This document shows positions 1 to 7,387 of a DNA stretch of 35,993 bases, piece after piece. Positions within the stretch are counted from its first letter, which is position 1. Every line of letters starts with the position of its first letter. The stretch is from assembly GCA_018060485.1 (NCBI GenBank), contig JAGOVZ010000003.1, positions 1-35,993 on the forward strand, given 5' to 3'. The position numbers and the translations under genes are program-made. This DNA is from Ottowia sp. (GTDB lineage: Bacteria > Pseudomonadota > Gammaproteobacteria > Burkholderiales > Burkholderiaceae_C). The notes under the pieces are model-generated. The model was not told where the DNA came from. It made no database searches and saw only the letters and a program-made list of their open reading frames with translations.

Positions 1-267
1 AAAGGTCACGCCCATCATCACCGGCAGCTTGTTGCCGAACTACTGCGTGCCGCCGAGCGACTGGATCAGCGTGACCAGGCCGCAGCAAAACAGGTCGGCC
101 GAGATCAGCATGGCCACCTGTTCAGGGCTCAATTTGAGTGCGCGGCCGACGATGAGCGGCACGGCGACGGCCCCGGCGTACATCACCAGCACGTGTTGAA
201 TGCCCAATGTGGCCAGTTTGCCGGTGGGCAGGACTTCGTCGACCGGATGGGTCGTGGCAGATGTGAT
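1..267 (-). pseudogene. NCS2 (xanthine/uric acid) permease, 5' part; apparently disrupted; continues off the left edge
   Basis: Manual translation (not in ORF track): ITSATTHPVDEVLPTGKLATLGIQHVLVMYAGAVAVPLIVG...LIQSLGGTQ*FGNKLPVMMGVTF. Contains the NCS2 TM1 QH motif. RBS GAGGAG (273-278) is followed by ATC (265-267) rather than ATG; in-frame TAG at 40-42. Confidence 0.8.
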
Positions 268-329
268 GGCTTCTCCTCGATGAACAAAAAAGAGCGGGCT
301 TTGCGCCTCTGGTGGTTGATGAAAAAAGG

Positions 330-1577
330 TCAGCCGAGCAGGTCGGCCAGCGTGCGCGCCACCACCTTGGTGGCGCGGCGCAGGTCTTCCAGCTCAAGGC
401 GCTCGTCGGCGCGCTTGGCGTGGCTTTCCAGCACGGTGCGCGGGCCGGCGCCGTAGATCACGCCGGGGATGCCGCGCTCGACGTACAGGCGCACATCGGT
501 GTAGAGGGGGGTGCCGACGGCGGCGGGCTGGTCGCCGAACACCGCTTCGCCGTGCTTCTGGATGGCTTCGACCAGGGGTGCGTTGCCGGACAGCGGCGTC
601 ATGGCCTTGGCCAGCAGCAGGCGCTTGATGTCGACGTGGATGCCATCGTCGGGCCGGCCGGCGTTGAAGCCATCGACCGCGTCGGCGATCACCTGGCGGA
701 TCAGCGCCTCGACATCCGCCGGGTTTTCCTCGGGGATCATGCGGCGATCCAGCTTGAACACCACCTTGCCCGGAATCACGTTGGTGTTGGTGCCGCCTTC
801 GACGCGTCCGATGTTCAGGTACGGGTGCGTGATGCCCGCCACGCGCGAGGTAATGCCCTGGTAGCGCCGGTTCTCGGCGTACAGCTGGTTCATGATGGCG
901 ACGGCGCCCTGTAGCGCGTCGATGCCGGTGGCGGGCACGGCGGCGTGCGCCATCTTGCCGTGCACCGTCACTTCCATCTGCAGGCAGCCGTTGTGCGCGG
1001 TCACCACTTCGTAGCTGAAGCCGGCGGCGATCATCAGGTCGGGTTTTGTCAGCCCTTTTTCCAGCAGCCAGCCGGGGCCGAGTTCGCCGCCGAATTCTTC
1101 GTCGTAGGTGAAGTGCAGCTCGACCGCGCCATGCTTGGGCTTGGCCACGGCTTCAAGCGCGCGCAACGCGAAGGTGAAGGTGCCGAAATCGCCCTTGCTG
1201 ACGGCGGTGGCGCGGCCGTACATCTGGCCGTTTTCAATCACAGCGCCGTACGGGTCGTGCGACCAGCCTTCGCCCGGCGGCACCACGTCGCCGTGGGCGT
1301 TCAGCGCAATCGTCAGGCCGCCATCGCCAAAGCGGCGGCGCACGATCAGGTTGGTGATGCTTTCCATGCCGTACGCCTGCACCTCGGCGGTCGGCACGGA
1401 GTGCTTTTCGGCGTCGAAACCCACGCTTTGAAGCAACTCGGCGGCCTTCTCGGCATGCGGTGCGTTGTTGCCGGGCGGCGTGTCGGTGGGCACGCGCACC
1501 AGCGCTTGCACAAAGGCGACTTCCTCGTCGAAGTGCTGGTCGATCCACTGGTCAAGAGCGGCGTAGGTCGGGTTCAT
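330..1577 (-). CDS. M20 (ArgE/DapE-like) metallohydrolase with non-canonical metal-ligand motifs
   Basis: 415 aa ORF; NAHGDVVP, YDEEFGG, GKMAHAA, GGTNTNVIP motifs of the M20 fold. Confidence 0.9.
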   Translation of the reverse strand: MNPTYAALDQWIDQHFDEEVAFVQALVRVPTDTPPGNNAPHAEKAAELLQSVGFDAEKHSVPTAEVQAYGMESITNLIVRRRFGDGGLTIALNAHGDVVPPGEGWSHDPYGAVIENGQMYGRATAVSKGDFGTFTFALRALEAVAKPKHGAVELHFTYDEEFGGELGPGWLLEKGLTKPDLMIAAGFSYEVVTAHNGCLQMEVTVHGKMAHAAVPATGIDALQGAVAIMNQLYAENRRYQGITSRVAGITHPYLNIGRVEGGTNTNVIPGKVVFKLDRRMIPEENPADVEALIRQVIADAVDGFNAGRPDDGIHVDIKRLLLAKAMTPLSGNAPLVEAIQKHGEAVFGDQPAAVGTPLYTDVRLYVERGIPGVIYGAGPRTVLESHAKRADERLELEDLRRATKVVARTLADLLG

Positions 1578-1587
1578 GATGTTTTGA

Positions 1588-1644
1588 TTAAAAAGTGGCG
1601 CCAGCGCTTGTCTGGCCAGCGCAAGCAGCTCTTATTGTTGTAGC
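1588..1644 (-). repeat. Dispersed ~55-bp double-palindrome element, copy 1 (contains uraD-allC stop)
   Basis: Minus strand: GCTACAACAATAAGAGC-TGCTT-GCGCTGG-CCAGA-CAAGCGC-TGGCGCCACTTTTT. Confidence 0.9.
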
Positions 1645-3437
1645 GACTCGTGCGTCAGGTCTTGAAGCAGCCGCTGCATGGCCTGCACGGCCAGTTGCAT
1701 GTCCTCGGCGTTGGTCGATTCCAGCGGGTTGTGGCTGATGCCGGCGTTTTCGCCGCGCACGAACAGCATGGCCTGCGGCATCACCTCGTGCAGCTTCATG
1801 GCGTCATGCCCGGCGCCTGAGGGCATGCGGAACACGGGCAGGCCCAGCGATTCGACGGCTGCTTCCCAGCGCTTTTGCCACGCCGGGTCGCTCGGCGCGG
1901 CACTGGCGCGCATGGTTTCTTCCAGCGTGTAGGTCACGCCGCGGCGCATGGCGATCTGCTGCAGTTTTTCAAGCACGTCGGCGGCCAGGGCGTCGCGCTG
2001 CGCGTCGTTCGGCGCGCGCAAATCGAGGCTGAAGGCGCAGCGGCCAGGCACCACGTTGATCGAGCCGCTGGGCACGCCCAGCAGGCCCATGGTGGCAACC
2101 GAATCACCGTCTTCGGCCGCGCGCTCCTCGATGTAGAGCGCCAGCTCGGCCGCGGCACAGGCGGCGTCGCGGCGCCGGCCCATCGGCGTGGTGCCGGCGT
2201 GGCTGGCCTGGCCGATGAATTCGCCGACAAAGCGGATGCTGCCGTTGATCGAAGTGACGATGCCCAGCGGCATGTTCAGCTCGTTCAACACCGGGCCTTG
2301 CTCGATATGGACTTCGATGAAGCCGAGGTAGTCCTTGGGGTTGCGCTGCAGCTTGGCGATGTCGTCCACGTTCAGGCCCGCGTGCTGCATCGCCTCGCGC
2401 ATGGTCACGCCATCGGCGTCGGCCTGCGCCAGCCAGTCGGGATTGAACTGCCCGACCAGCGCGCCAGAGCCGAGAAAAGTGGCCTTGTACCGCTGGCCTT
2501 CTTCTTCGGCAAAGCCGATCACCTCGAAATCGAACGGCAGACGGCGCCCCGCGCGGTGCAGCTCGCGCACGCAGGCAATGGGCACGAAGATGCCCAGGCG
2601 CCCGTCGTATTTACCGCCGTTGCGCACAGTGTCGTAGTGGCTGCCGGTCATGAGTGTTTTGGGGCTCTGGCGCTTGCCAGACATGCGCGAGGCGCTATCT
2701 GAAAAATAGCGACCTACGACGTTGCCGACGGCGTCGATGCCGACCTCGTCAAAGCCCGCCTCGCGCATCGTCTGCGCGATGAAGGCCGCTGCGGCGCGGT
2801 GCGCGTCGGTCAGGTAGGTGACGGTGAGCTGGCCGTTTTCGGCAAAGCCGGGGTCGCTGTGCAGCGACAGCTTTTCATGCCAGTCCCACACGTCGTTGCC
2901 CAGCACCGGCTCGGCGCCGAACTTGTCGGCCAGGCGAATTTCGGCAATGCGGTGGATGTTGCGCAGCGCCTCGGCGCGCTCGAAATCCGGGTGGTTGGCG
3001 AGCCGCCGCGCAAAGGTGTCGATGATCTGCTGCTTCGTTAATCCCGCGCCTCGCGGGCCGCGCACGGCCAGGATGAACGGAAAGCCGAACTTGGCGTTGT
3101 AGTCGGCGTTCAGCTTCTGGATGCGTGCGAATTCATCCGGCGTGCATTCGGTGAGGCCCGCCTTGCCTTGCTCGTGGGTCGATTCGGCGGTGAGCGTCTT
3201 GGCCACCATCGCCTTGCCCGCCAGCTCGGGGTGGGCGCGGATCAGCGCCAGTTGCTGGTCCACCGTGGCGCGCGCCAGAACCTGCGCCATCACGTGCTTC
3301 AAATGCGCGAGCGATTTGAAGGGCCGCTCGTTCAAGGCCTCGGCAGCGATCCACGGCGTGTGTTCGTACAAGCCATCCAGCATGGCCGCCGCCTGCTCAG
3401 GCGATGCGCGATTGAGTTCGTCGAGCGACAGGGCCAT
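1632..3437 (-). CDS. uraD: OHCU decarboxylase (UraD) fused to allantoate amidohydrolase-like M20 domain
   Basis: N-terminal YEHTPW, AHPELAG, STHEQ, YNAKFGFPFILAV (UraD). C-terminal GSHYDTV, GKYDG, EVHIEQGP, GAGHDA, SHNPLES (AllC/amidohydrolase). Confidence 0.92.
   Translation of the reverse strand: MALSLDELNRASPEQAAAMLDGLYEHTPWIAAEALNERPFKSLAHLKHVMAQVLARATVDQQLALIRAHPELAGKAMVAKTLTAESTHEQGKAGLTECTPDEFARIQKLNADYNAKFGFPFILAVRGPRGAGLTKQQIIDTFARRLANHPDFERAEALRNIHRIAEIRLADKFGAEPVLGNDVWDWHEKLSLHSDPGFAENGQLTVTYLTDAHRAAAAFIAQTMREAGFDEVGIDAVGNVVGRYFSDSASRMSGKRQSPKTLMTGSHYDTVRNGGKYDGRLGIFVPIACVRELHRAGRRLPFDFEVIGFAEEEGQRYKATFLGSGALVGQFNPDWLAQADADGVTMREAMQHAGLNVDDIAKLQRNPKDYLGFIEVHIEQGPVLNELNMPLGIVTSINGSIRFVGEFIGQASHAGTTPMGRRRDAACAAAELALYIEERAAEDGDSVATMGLLGVPSGSINVVPGRCAFSLDLRAPNDAQRDALAADVLEKLQQIAMRRGVTYTLEETMRASAAPSDPAWQKRWEAAVESLGLPVFRMPSGAGHDAMKLHEVMPQAMLFVRGENAGISHNPLESTNAEDMQLAVQAMQRLLQDLTHESLQQ
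2654..2710 (-). repeat. Dispersed element, copy 2 (in-frame inside uraD-allC)
   Basis: Minus strand: GCTATTTTTCAGATAGC-GCCTC-GCGCATG-TCTGG-CAAGCGC-CAGAGCCCCAAAA; encodes RYFSDSASRMSGKRQSPK. Confidence 0.88.
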
Positions 3438-3458
3438 GCGGTTGTTCCCGAGAAAAGA

Positions 3459-4613
3459 TCAGTGGCGGTAGGTGCCGTCCGAGCGCAGCAGCGCCAGGTC
3501 GGTGAAGTTGGAGCCCAGCTTGTCACCGCCGTAGCTCACCGAATAGCCGCCGAGGTCGAGGCGCGGCGCGTTGTCGAGCCAGCGCACCAGCTCGGTCTTG
3601 GTGGGCGATTTGGTCTGCGTCACCGCCTCGATCAAGGCGCGGGCGTTCAGGTAGCTCTCGAAACCCAGGTACGACGGCGCCATGCCCGCCGATTGGGCGA
3701 TGCGCGGGTATTCGCGCTGGGCGTCGATCTTGGTTTCCCAGGGGCTGGGCGTGACGGTGGCAAAGGCGGCGGCGCCAACGTAGCCCTTCATGCGTGAGGC
3801 GAACTGCCCGTTGGCCTGACCTGCCAGGTTGAGCACGAAGGGCAGGCTGGACTTGGCCTTCCAGGCATCCAGAAACTGCGTCGAGTGGCCGGAATTGGCC
3901 AGCAGCAACAGCACCTTTGGCGAGCCCGCCATCAACTCGGCCACCGATTTGCCGTAGTCGGGCGATGCGGGATTGAACGCACTGCGCGTGATCTTGAGCC
4001 CTGGGAAGTTTGCGGCGGCCTTGTCCAGTTCGGCGGCGTAGGATTTGCCGAAGCCGTCGTCCTGCACCAGCACGCTCACGTTCGACAGGCCCGTGGTGCT
4101 GGCGAAGTTGAGCAGGCACGCCACCTCGCTCGACGCCGAGGCGCGCACCGCGTAAGTGGTGGTGGCCGCCTTGCCGCGCAAGGGCGCGGCGCCAGCGATC
4201 GGGCCGATCAGGGGCACACCCGCCGTGGCACTGACTTTTTGCTGCGGCAGGCAGCCGACCGAGCCGAGGCACGAAATCAGCGCCTGGGCCGAGGCCACGG
4301 CTTTCGTGGCCAGTCGCGTCGACTTGTCGGCGACGTTGCCGTCGTCGTAGGGCTTGAGCACGATCTGGGTCGTCTTGCTGCCCTTGTTGAAATCCTCCAG
4401 CGTGGCCTTGGTGATGGCGTTGACCTCTTTGCCCACATTGGCCAAGGGCCCGGTCAGCGGCACGATCTGGGCGACTTCAACGCCTTGCGCCGCATAGGCG
4501 ATGAAGGATTGGGCGGGCAGGGCGTAAGAGAGGAGCGCGGCACCGGCAACGGCGGTCAGGGCCAGCGAAGACAAGGAAAAGCGGGGGGTCACGTGGAAAC
4601 TTCTGGAGAGCAT
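3459..4613 (-). CDS. Periplasmic substrate-binding protein, type I (LivJ/branched-chain amino acid-like); orphan
   Basis: Signal-peptide-like N terminus; PLTGPLA, YDDGN, VRASASSE, QDDGFG, YLGFESYLNA motifs. Start either ATG 4613 or GTG 4592 (the latter overlaps the puuE stop). Confidence 0.85.
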   Translation of the reverse strand: MLSRSFHVTPRFSLSSLALTAVAGAALLSYALPAQSFIAYAAQGVEVAQIVPLTGPLANVGKEVNAITKATLEDFNKGSKTTQIVLKPYDDGNVADKSTRLATKAVASAQALISCLGSVGCLPQQKVSATAGVPLIGPIAGAAPLRGKAATTTYAVRASASSEVACLLNFASTTGLSNVSVLVQDDGFGKSYAAELDKAAANFPGLKITRSAFNPASPDYGKSVAELMAGSPKVLLLLANSGHSTQFLDAWKAKSSLPFVLNLAGQANGQFASRMKGYVGAAAFATVTPSPWETKIDAQREYPRIAQSAGMAPSYLGFESYLNARALIEAVTQTKSPTKTELVRWLDNAPRLDLGGYSVSYGGDKLGSNFTDLALLRSDGTYRH

Positions 4614-5563
4614 TGAAAAGGGTAGGTCTCCTCCCAATGCCGGGCGATGTCGATGCGGCGACACACCCAGACGTTCTTATGCCGAGAAACATGGTCCATG
4701 AAGCGCTGCAGCGCCGTGATGCGGCCGGGGCGACCGAGCAGGCGGCAGTGCATGCCGATGCTCATCATCTTCGGCCGATCAAGCCCATGCGGGTCGCCCT
4801 CGGCGTACAGCGCGTCAAACGTGTCCTTCATGTACTCAAAGAACGGGTCGGCGTGGCTGTAGCCCTGCGGCAGCGCAAAGCGCATGTCGTTGCAGTCGAG
4901 CGTGTAGGGCACCACCAGGTGCGGCACCACGGCGCCGTCGGTGCGCTGCACCTTCATCCAGAACGGCAGATCGTCGCCGTAGTAGTCGCTGTCGTACAGC
5001 AGGCGGCCGTCGTCTGCGACCAGGCGGCGCGTGCGCGGGCTGTCGCGGCCGGTGTACCAGCCCAGCGGCCGCTCGCCACTCAGTTTTTCAATGATGTCCA
5101 GCGCCTCGGCCATGTGGGCGCGTTCGGTGGCTTCGTCGACGTTCTGGTAGTGGATCCACTTCAGGCCGTGGCAGGCGATCTCGTCGCCGCGCTGCTGAAA
5201 GACCTTGACCATTTCGGGGTAGCGCGCCAACGCCGTGGCGACGCCAAACACGGTGAGCGGCCAGCCGCGCGCGTCGAACTCGCGCAGGATGCGCCACACG
5301 CCGGCTCGCGAGCCGTATTCGTAGATGCCTTCCATGCTCAGGTGCCGGTCGGGGTAGGCCGCCGGGTTGAACATCTCGGACAGGAACTGCTCGCTGGCCG
5401 CATCGCCGTGCAGCACGCTGTTTTCGCCGCCTTCCTCGTAGTTGAGGACGAACTGCACCGCGATGCGCGCGCCGCCCGGCCAGCGCGCGTGCGGCACGTC
5501 GGCGCCGTAGCCGATGAGGTCGCGCGGGTAGGCGGCGGTGCTGTCGTAGATCGAAGGCTTCAT
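4589..5563 (-). CDS. puuE: Allantoinase PuuE (polysaccharide deacetylase fold)
   Basis: YPRDLIGYG, LNYEEGGE, YEYGSRAG, GWYTGR, PYTLDCNDMRF, GMHCRLLGRPGR motifs. Confidence 0.95.
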   Translation of the reverse strand: MKPSIYDSTAAYPRDLIGYGADVPHARWPGGARIAVQFVLNYEEGGENSVLHGDAASEQFLSEMFNPAAYPDRHLSMEGIYEYGSRAGVWRILREFDARGWPLTVFGVATALARYPEMVKVFQQRGDEIACHGLKWIHYQNVDEATERAHMAEALDIIEKLSGERPLGWYTGRDSPRTRRLVADDGRLLYDSDYYGDDLPFWMKVQRTDGAVVPHLVVPYTLDCNDMRFALPQGYSHADPFFEYMKDTFDALYAEGDPHGLDRPKMMSIGMHCRLLGRPGRITALQRFMDHVSRHKNVWVCRRIDIARHWEETYPFQCSPEVST

Positions 5564-5620
5564 GCTACTGAATAAATAGCTACTTGCGCTTGTCAGACGG
5601 GCGCCAGGGCCGATTTGACG
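5564..5620 (+). repeat. Dispersed element, copy 3 (fills gntR-puuE gap; contains gntR stop)
   Basis: GCTACTGAATAAATAGC-TACTT-GCGCTTG-TCAGA-CGGGCGC-CAGGGCCGATTTG. Confidence 0.9.
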
Positions 5621-6264
5621 TCATGACTGGGCACCGGCTGGTCGAGCTTCAGGCCGGCCTCGACATGGTCCAGGTGCTCGCGCATCAGCTTGACGGCGCG
5701 CGTCACGTTGCCGGCAGCAAAGCACTCGACCAGCGCGGCGTGCTCGGCGCTGGAATCGTGCGCGGCGTGGCTGCTCTGGTACATCAGCGTGGCGATGGCG
5801 CAACGCGCGAGCAGGTCTTGCAGCACGTCGGCCAGCACGTGGTTGCCCAGCAGTTCGGCCATCAGCACGTGGAAGTCGCCCAGCAGCTCGGTGCGGCCTT
5901 CGACGTCCTGGCGTTGCACGGCCGCCTGTTCGCGCGCGACATGGTCGCGCAGGGCATCGATGTGCGCCGGCGTGGCGGCGGCGACGAAGGCGCGCGTGAG
6001 TTCGACCTCCAACATGCGGCGCACGGCAAACACCTGGCGCGCCTCTTCGGCCGACGGGCTGGCCACGAAGGCGCCGCGCGCCGGCTCCAGCGTGACCAGG
6101 CGGCGTTGCGACAGCTGAAACAAGGCCTGTCGCACCAGCGTGCGCGACACATCGAAGTGGCCCGCCAGCGTTTGCTCGGTCAGCTTGGCACCGGGCTGCA
6201 GGCGATGTTCGACGATGGCGCGGGTGAGCGCTGCGACGATGGTGTCAGTGGCCGAGGGTTCCAT
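5593..6264 (-). CDS. GntR/FadR-family transcriptional regulator (FCD domain)
   Basis: wHTH LQPGAKLTEQTLAGHFDVSRTLVRQAL; FCD motifs DFHVLMAE, EHAALVEC, MREHL. Likely ATG at 6264 (ORF track start 6279). Confidence 0.93.
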   Translation of the reverse strand: MEPSATDTIVAALTRAIVEHRLQPGAKLTEQTLAGHFDVSRTLVRQALFQLSQRRLVTLEPARGAFVASPSAEEARQVFAVRRMLEVELTRAFVAAATPAHIDALRDHVAREQAAVQRQDVEGRTELLGDFHVLMAELLGNHVLADVLQDLLARCAIATLMYQSSHAAHDSSAEHAALVECFAAGNVTRAVKLMREHLDHVEAGLKLDQPVPSHDVKSALAPV

Positions 6265-6297
6265 TTGGCGCCGTATCATAGGTCGAAACGTTTAAGA

Positions 6298-6320
6298 ATG
6301 TATACAATTTTGTCCACAAT
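6298..6320. promoter_or_regulatory. Tandem candidate GntR operators (TGTATACA 6299-6306; TGTCCACA 6311-6318)
   Basis: Palindrome TGTATACA and near-palindrome TTGTCCACAA in the AT-rich divergent gntR/uraH gap; GT-N-AC cores are typical of GntR-family sites. Confidence 0.7.
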
Positions 6321-6341
6321 TTTCATTTGTCGAGGCCGCCG

Positions 6342-6695
6342 ATGGGATTGAGCACACACGTTCTGGACACCATGCACGGCGCACCGGCGGCCGGCATGGC
6401 GGTCGCCTTGTACGAGACGCATGGCGAGGTCGCCACGCTGGTCAAGCGCTTCACCCTGAACGCAGACGGCCGCAATCCCGATGGGCCGCTGTATGGCAAC
6501 GCGAGCCTGAAGGCCGGCACGTATCGGCTGGCCTTCGACGTCGCGGGGTACTTTCGCGCGCGCGGCGTGCAGTTGCCCGAGCCGCCATTTCTGAACGTCG
6601 TGAACCTCGACTTCGGCATCGCCCACGCCGACCAGCATTACCACGTGCCGCTGCTGTGCAGCCCCTGGAGTTATTCCACCTACCGCGGGTCTTGA
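6342..6695 (+). CDS. uraH: 5-hydroxyisourate hydrolase (transthyretin-like)
   Basis: LSTHVLDT N terminus, HYHVPLL, C-terminal YRGS signature. Confidence 0.96.
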   Translation: MGLSTHVLDTMHGAPAAGMAVALYETHGEVATLVKRFTLNADGRNPDGPLYGNASLKAGTYRLAFDVAGYFRARGVQLPEPPFLNVVNLDFGIAHADQHYHVPLLCSPWSYSTYRGS

Positions 6696-6712
6696 GCGCG
6701 CTGACGCGCTCA
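6693..6712. terminator. Hairpin between convergent uraH and the next gene
   Basis: TGAGCGCG-CTGA-CGCGCTCA perfect 8-bp stem; no clear U-tract. Confidence 0.4.
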
Positions 6713-6738
6713 ATCTGTTTATCCGCGCGCCACCGCGC

Positions 6739-7359
6739 TCAATCCTGCCCCTCGGTCAGCGTGTCCAGCTGCCACTGGCCGCTTTTGTGCCACAGCCAAG
6801 TGTCGGTGTAGACCAGCCCGCCCACCAGCGCCGGCGGCGGAAACGGATCCGCCGCCCGCACCATGCGCTCAATGGCACGCATCACTTCCGGCGCGTGGCT
6901 TGGCGCGCGCATCCAGCTGATGGTGCCGACGCGGCCCTGACCGTCGATGTGAACCTGCAGCACGCCAACGGCATACAACAGCGGCGGCATGCGGCCCTTG
7001 TAGATGCTGCCCAGGTTCAGGCTGTAGAGGTGGCGCGCCGCGTCCTTGCGGTAGGCGCGGGCGGTGGCGGCGTCGGACGCCTCGGGCACCGGCACCGGGC
7101 GCGCCGACGATTGACCAGCGGCCGGGCGCACGCGCTTGCGCGGCTTGATCGGCGGCGCCGGCTTGCGCGTGCTGGGGCGTACGGTCTTGGTGGGCGCGGC
7201 TTTGCTTTGCGCCTCGGCGGGCGTCGGCGCCCAGGCCAGTGCGGCGCAGGCGATGGTCATGGCCAGCATCAGGCTGCGAATCTGCCAGGGCCTGGGGATC
7301 GTGCGATGCGGAGTGCGCAATGAGTCTCTTTCGGTGGGTGCGCTCGTTCGCGCGGGCAT
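6739..7359 (-). CDS. Exported hypothetical protein, Pro/Lys/Arg-rich linker plus TonB-C-like C-terminal domain
   Basis: Signal-like MLAMTIACAALAWAPTPAEA (start may be 7269); C-terminal VLQVHIDGQGRV...AADPFPPP resembles TonB/TolA C domains. Confidence 0.65.
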   Translation of the reverse strand: MPARTSAPTERDSLRTPHRTIPRPWQIRSLMLAMTIACAALAWAPTPAEAQSKAAPTKTVRPSTRKPAPPIKPRKRVRPAAGQSSARPVPVPEASDAATARAYRKDAARHLYSLNLGSIYKGRMPPLLYAVGVLQVHIDGQGRVGTISWMRAPSHAPEVMRAIERMVRAADPFPPPALVGGLVYTDTWLWHKSGQWQLDTLTEGQD

Positions 7360-7387
7360 ACTGTTGACCCGGCCGCAGGCCTTGTCA

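Noticed and set aside
40-42. Amber read-through or alternative genetic code in the permease
   Set aside because: TAG is an ordinary stop in fabH (15581-15583) and the methyltransferase (11036-11038); no pyrrolysine genes are seen; the start codon is also damaged.
284-310. Terminator between the M20 gene and the permease
   Set aside because: A minus-strand U-tract is present but the stem is short and interrupted (AGAGGCGCAAAGCCCGCTCT); too weak to call.
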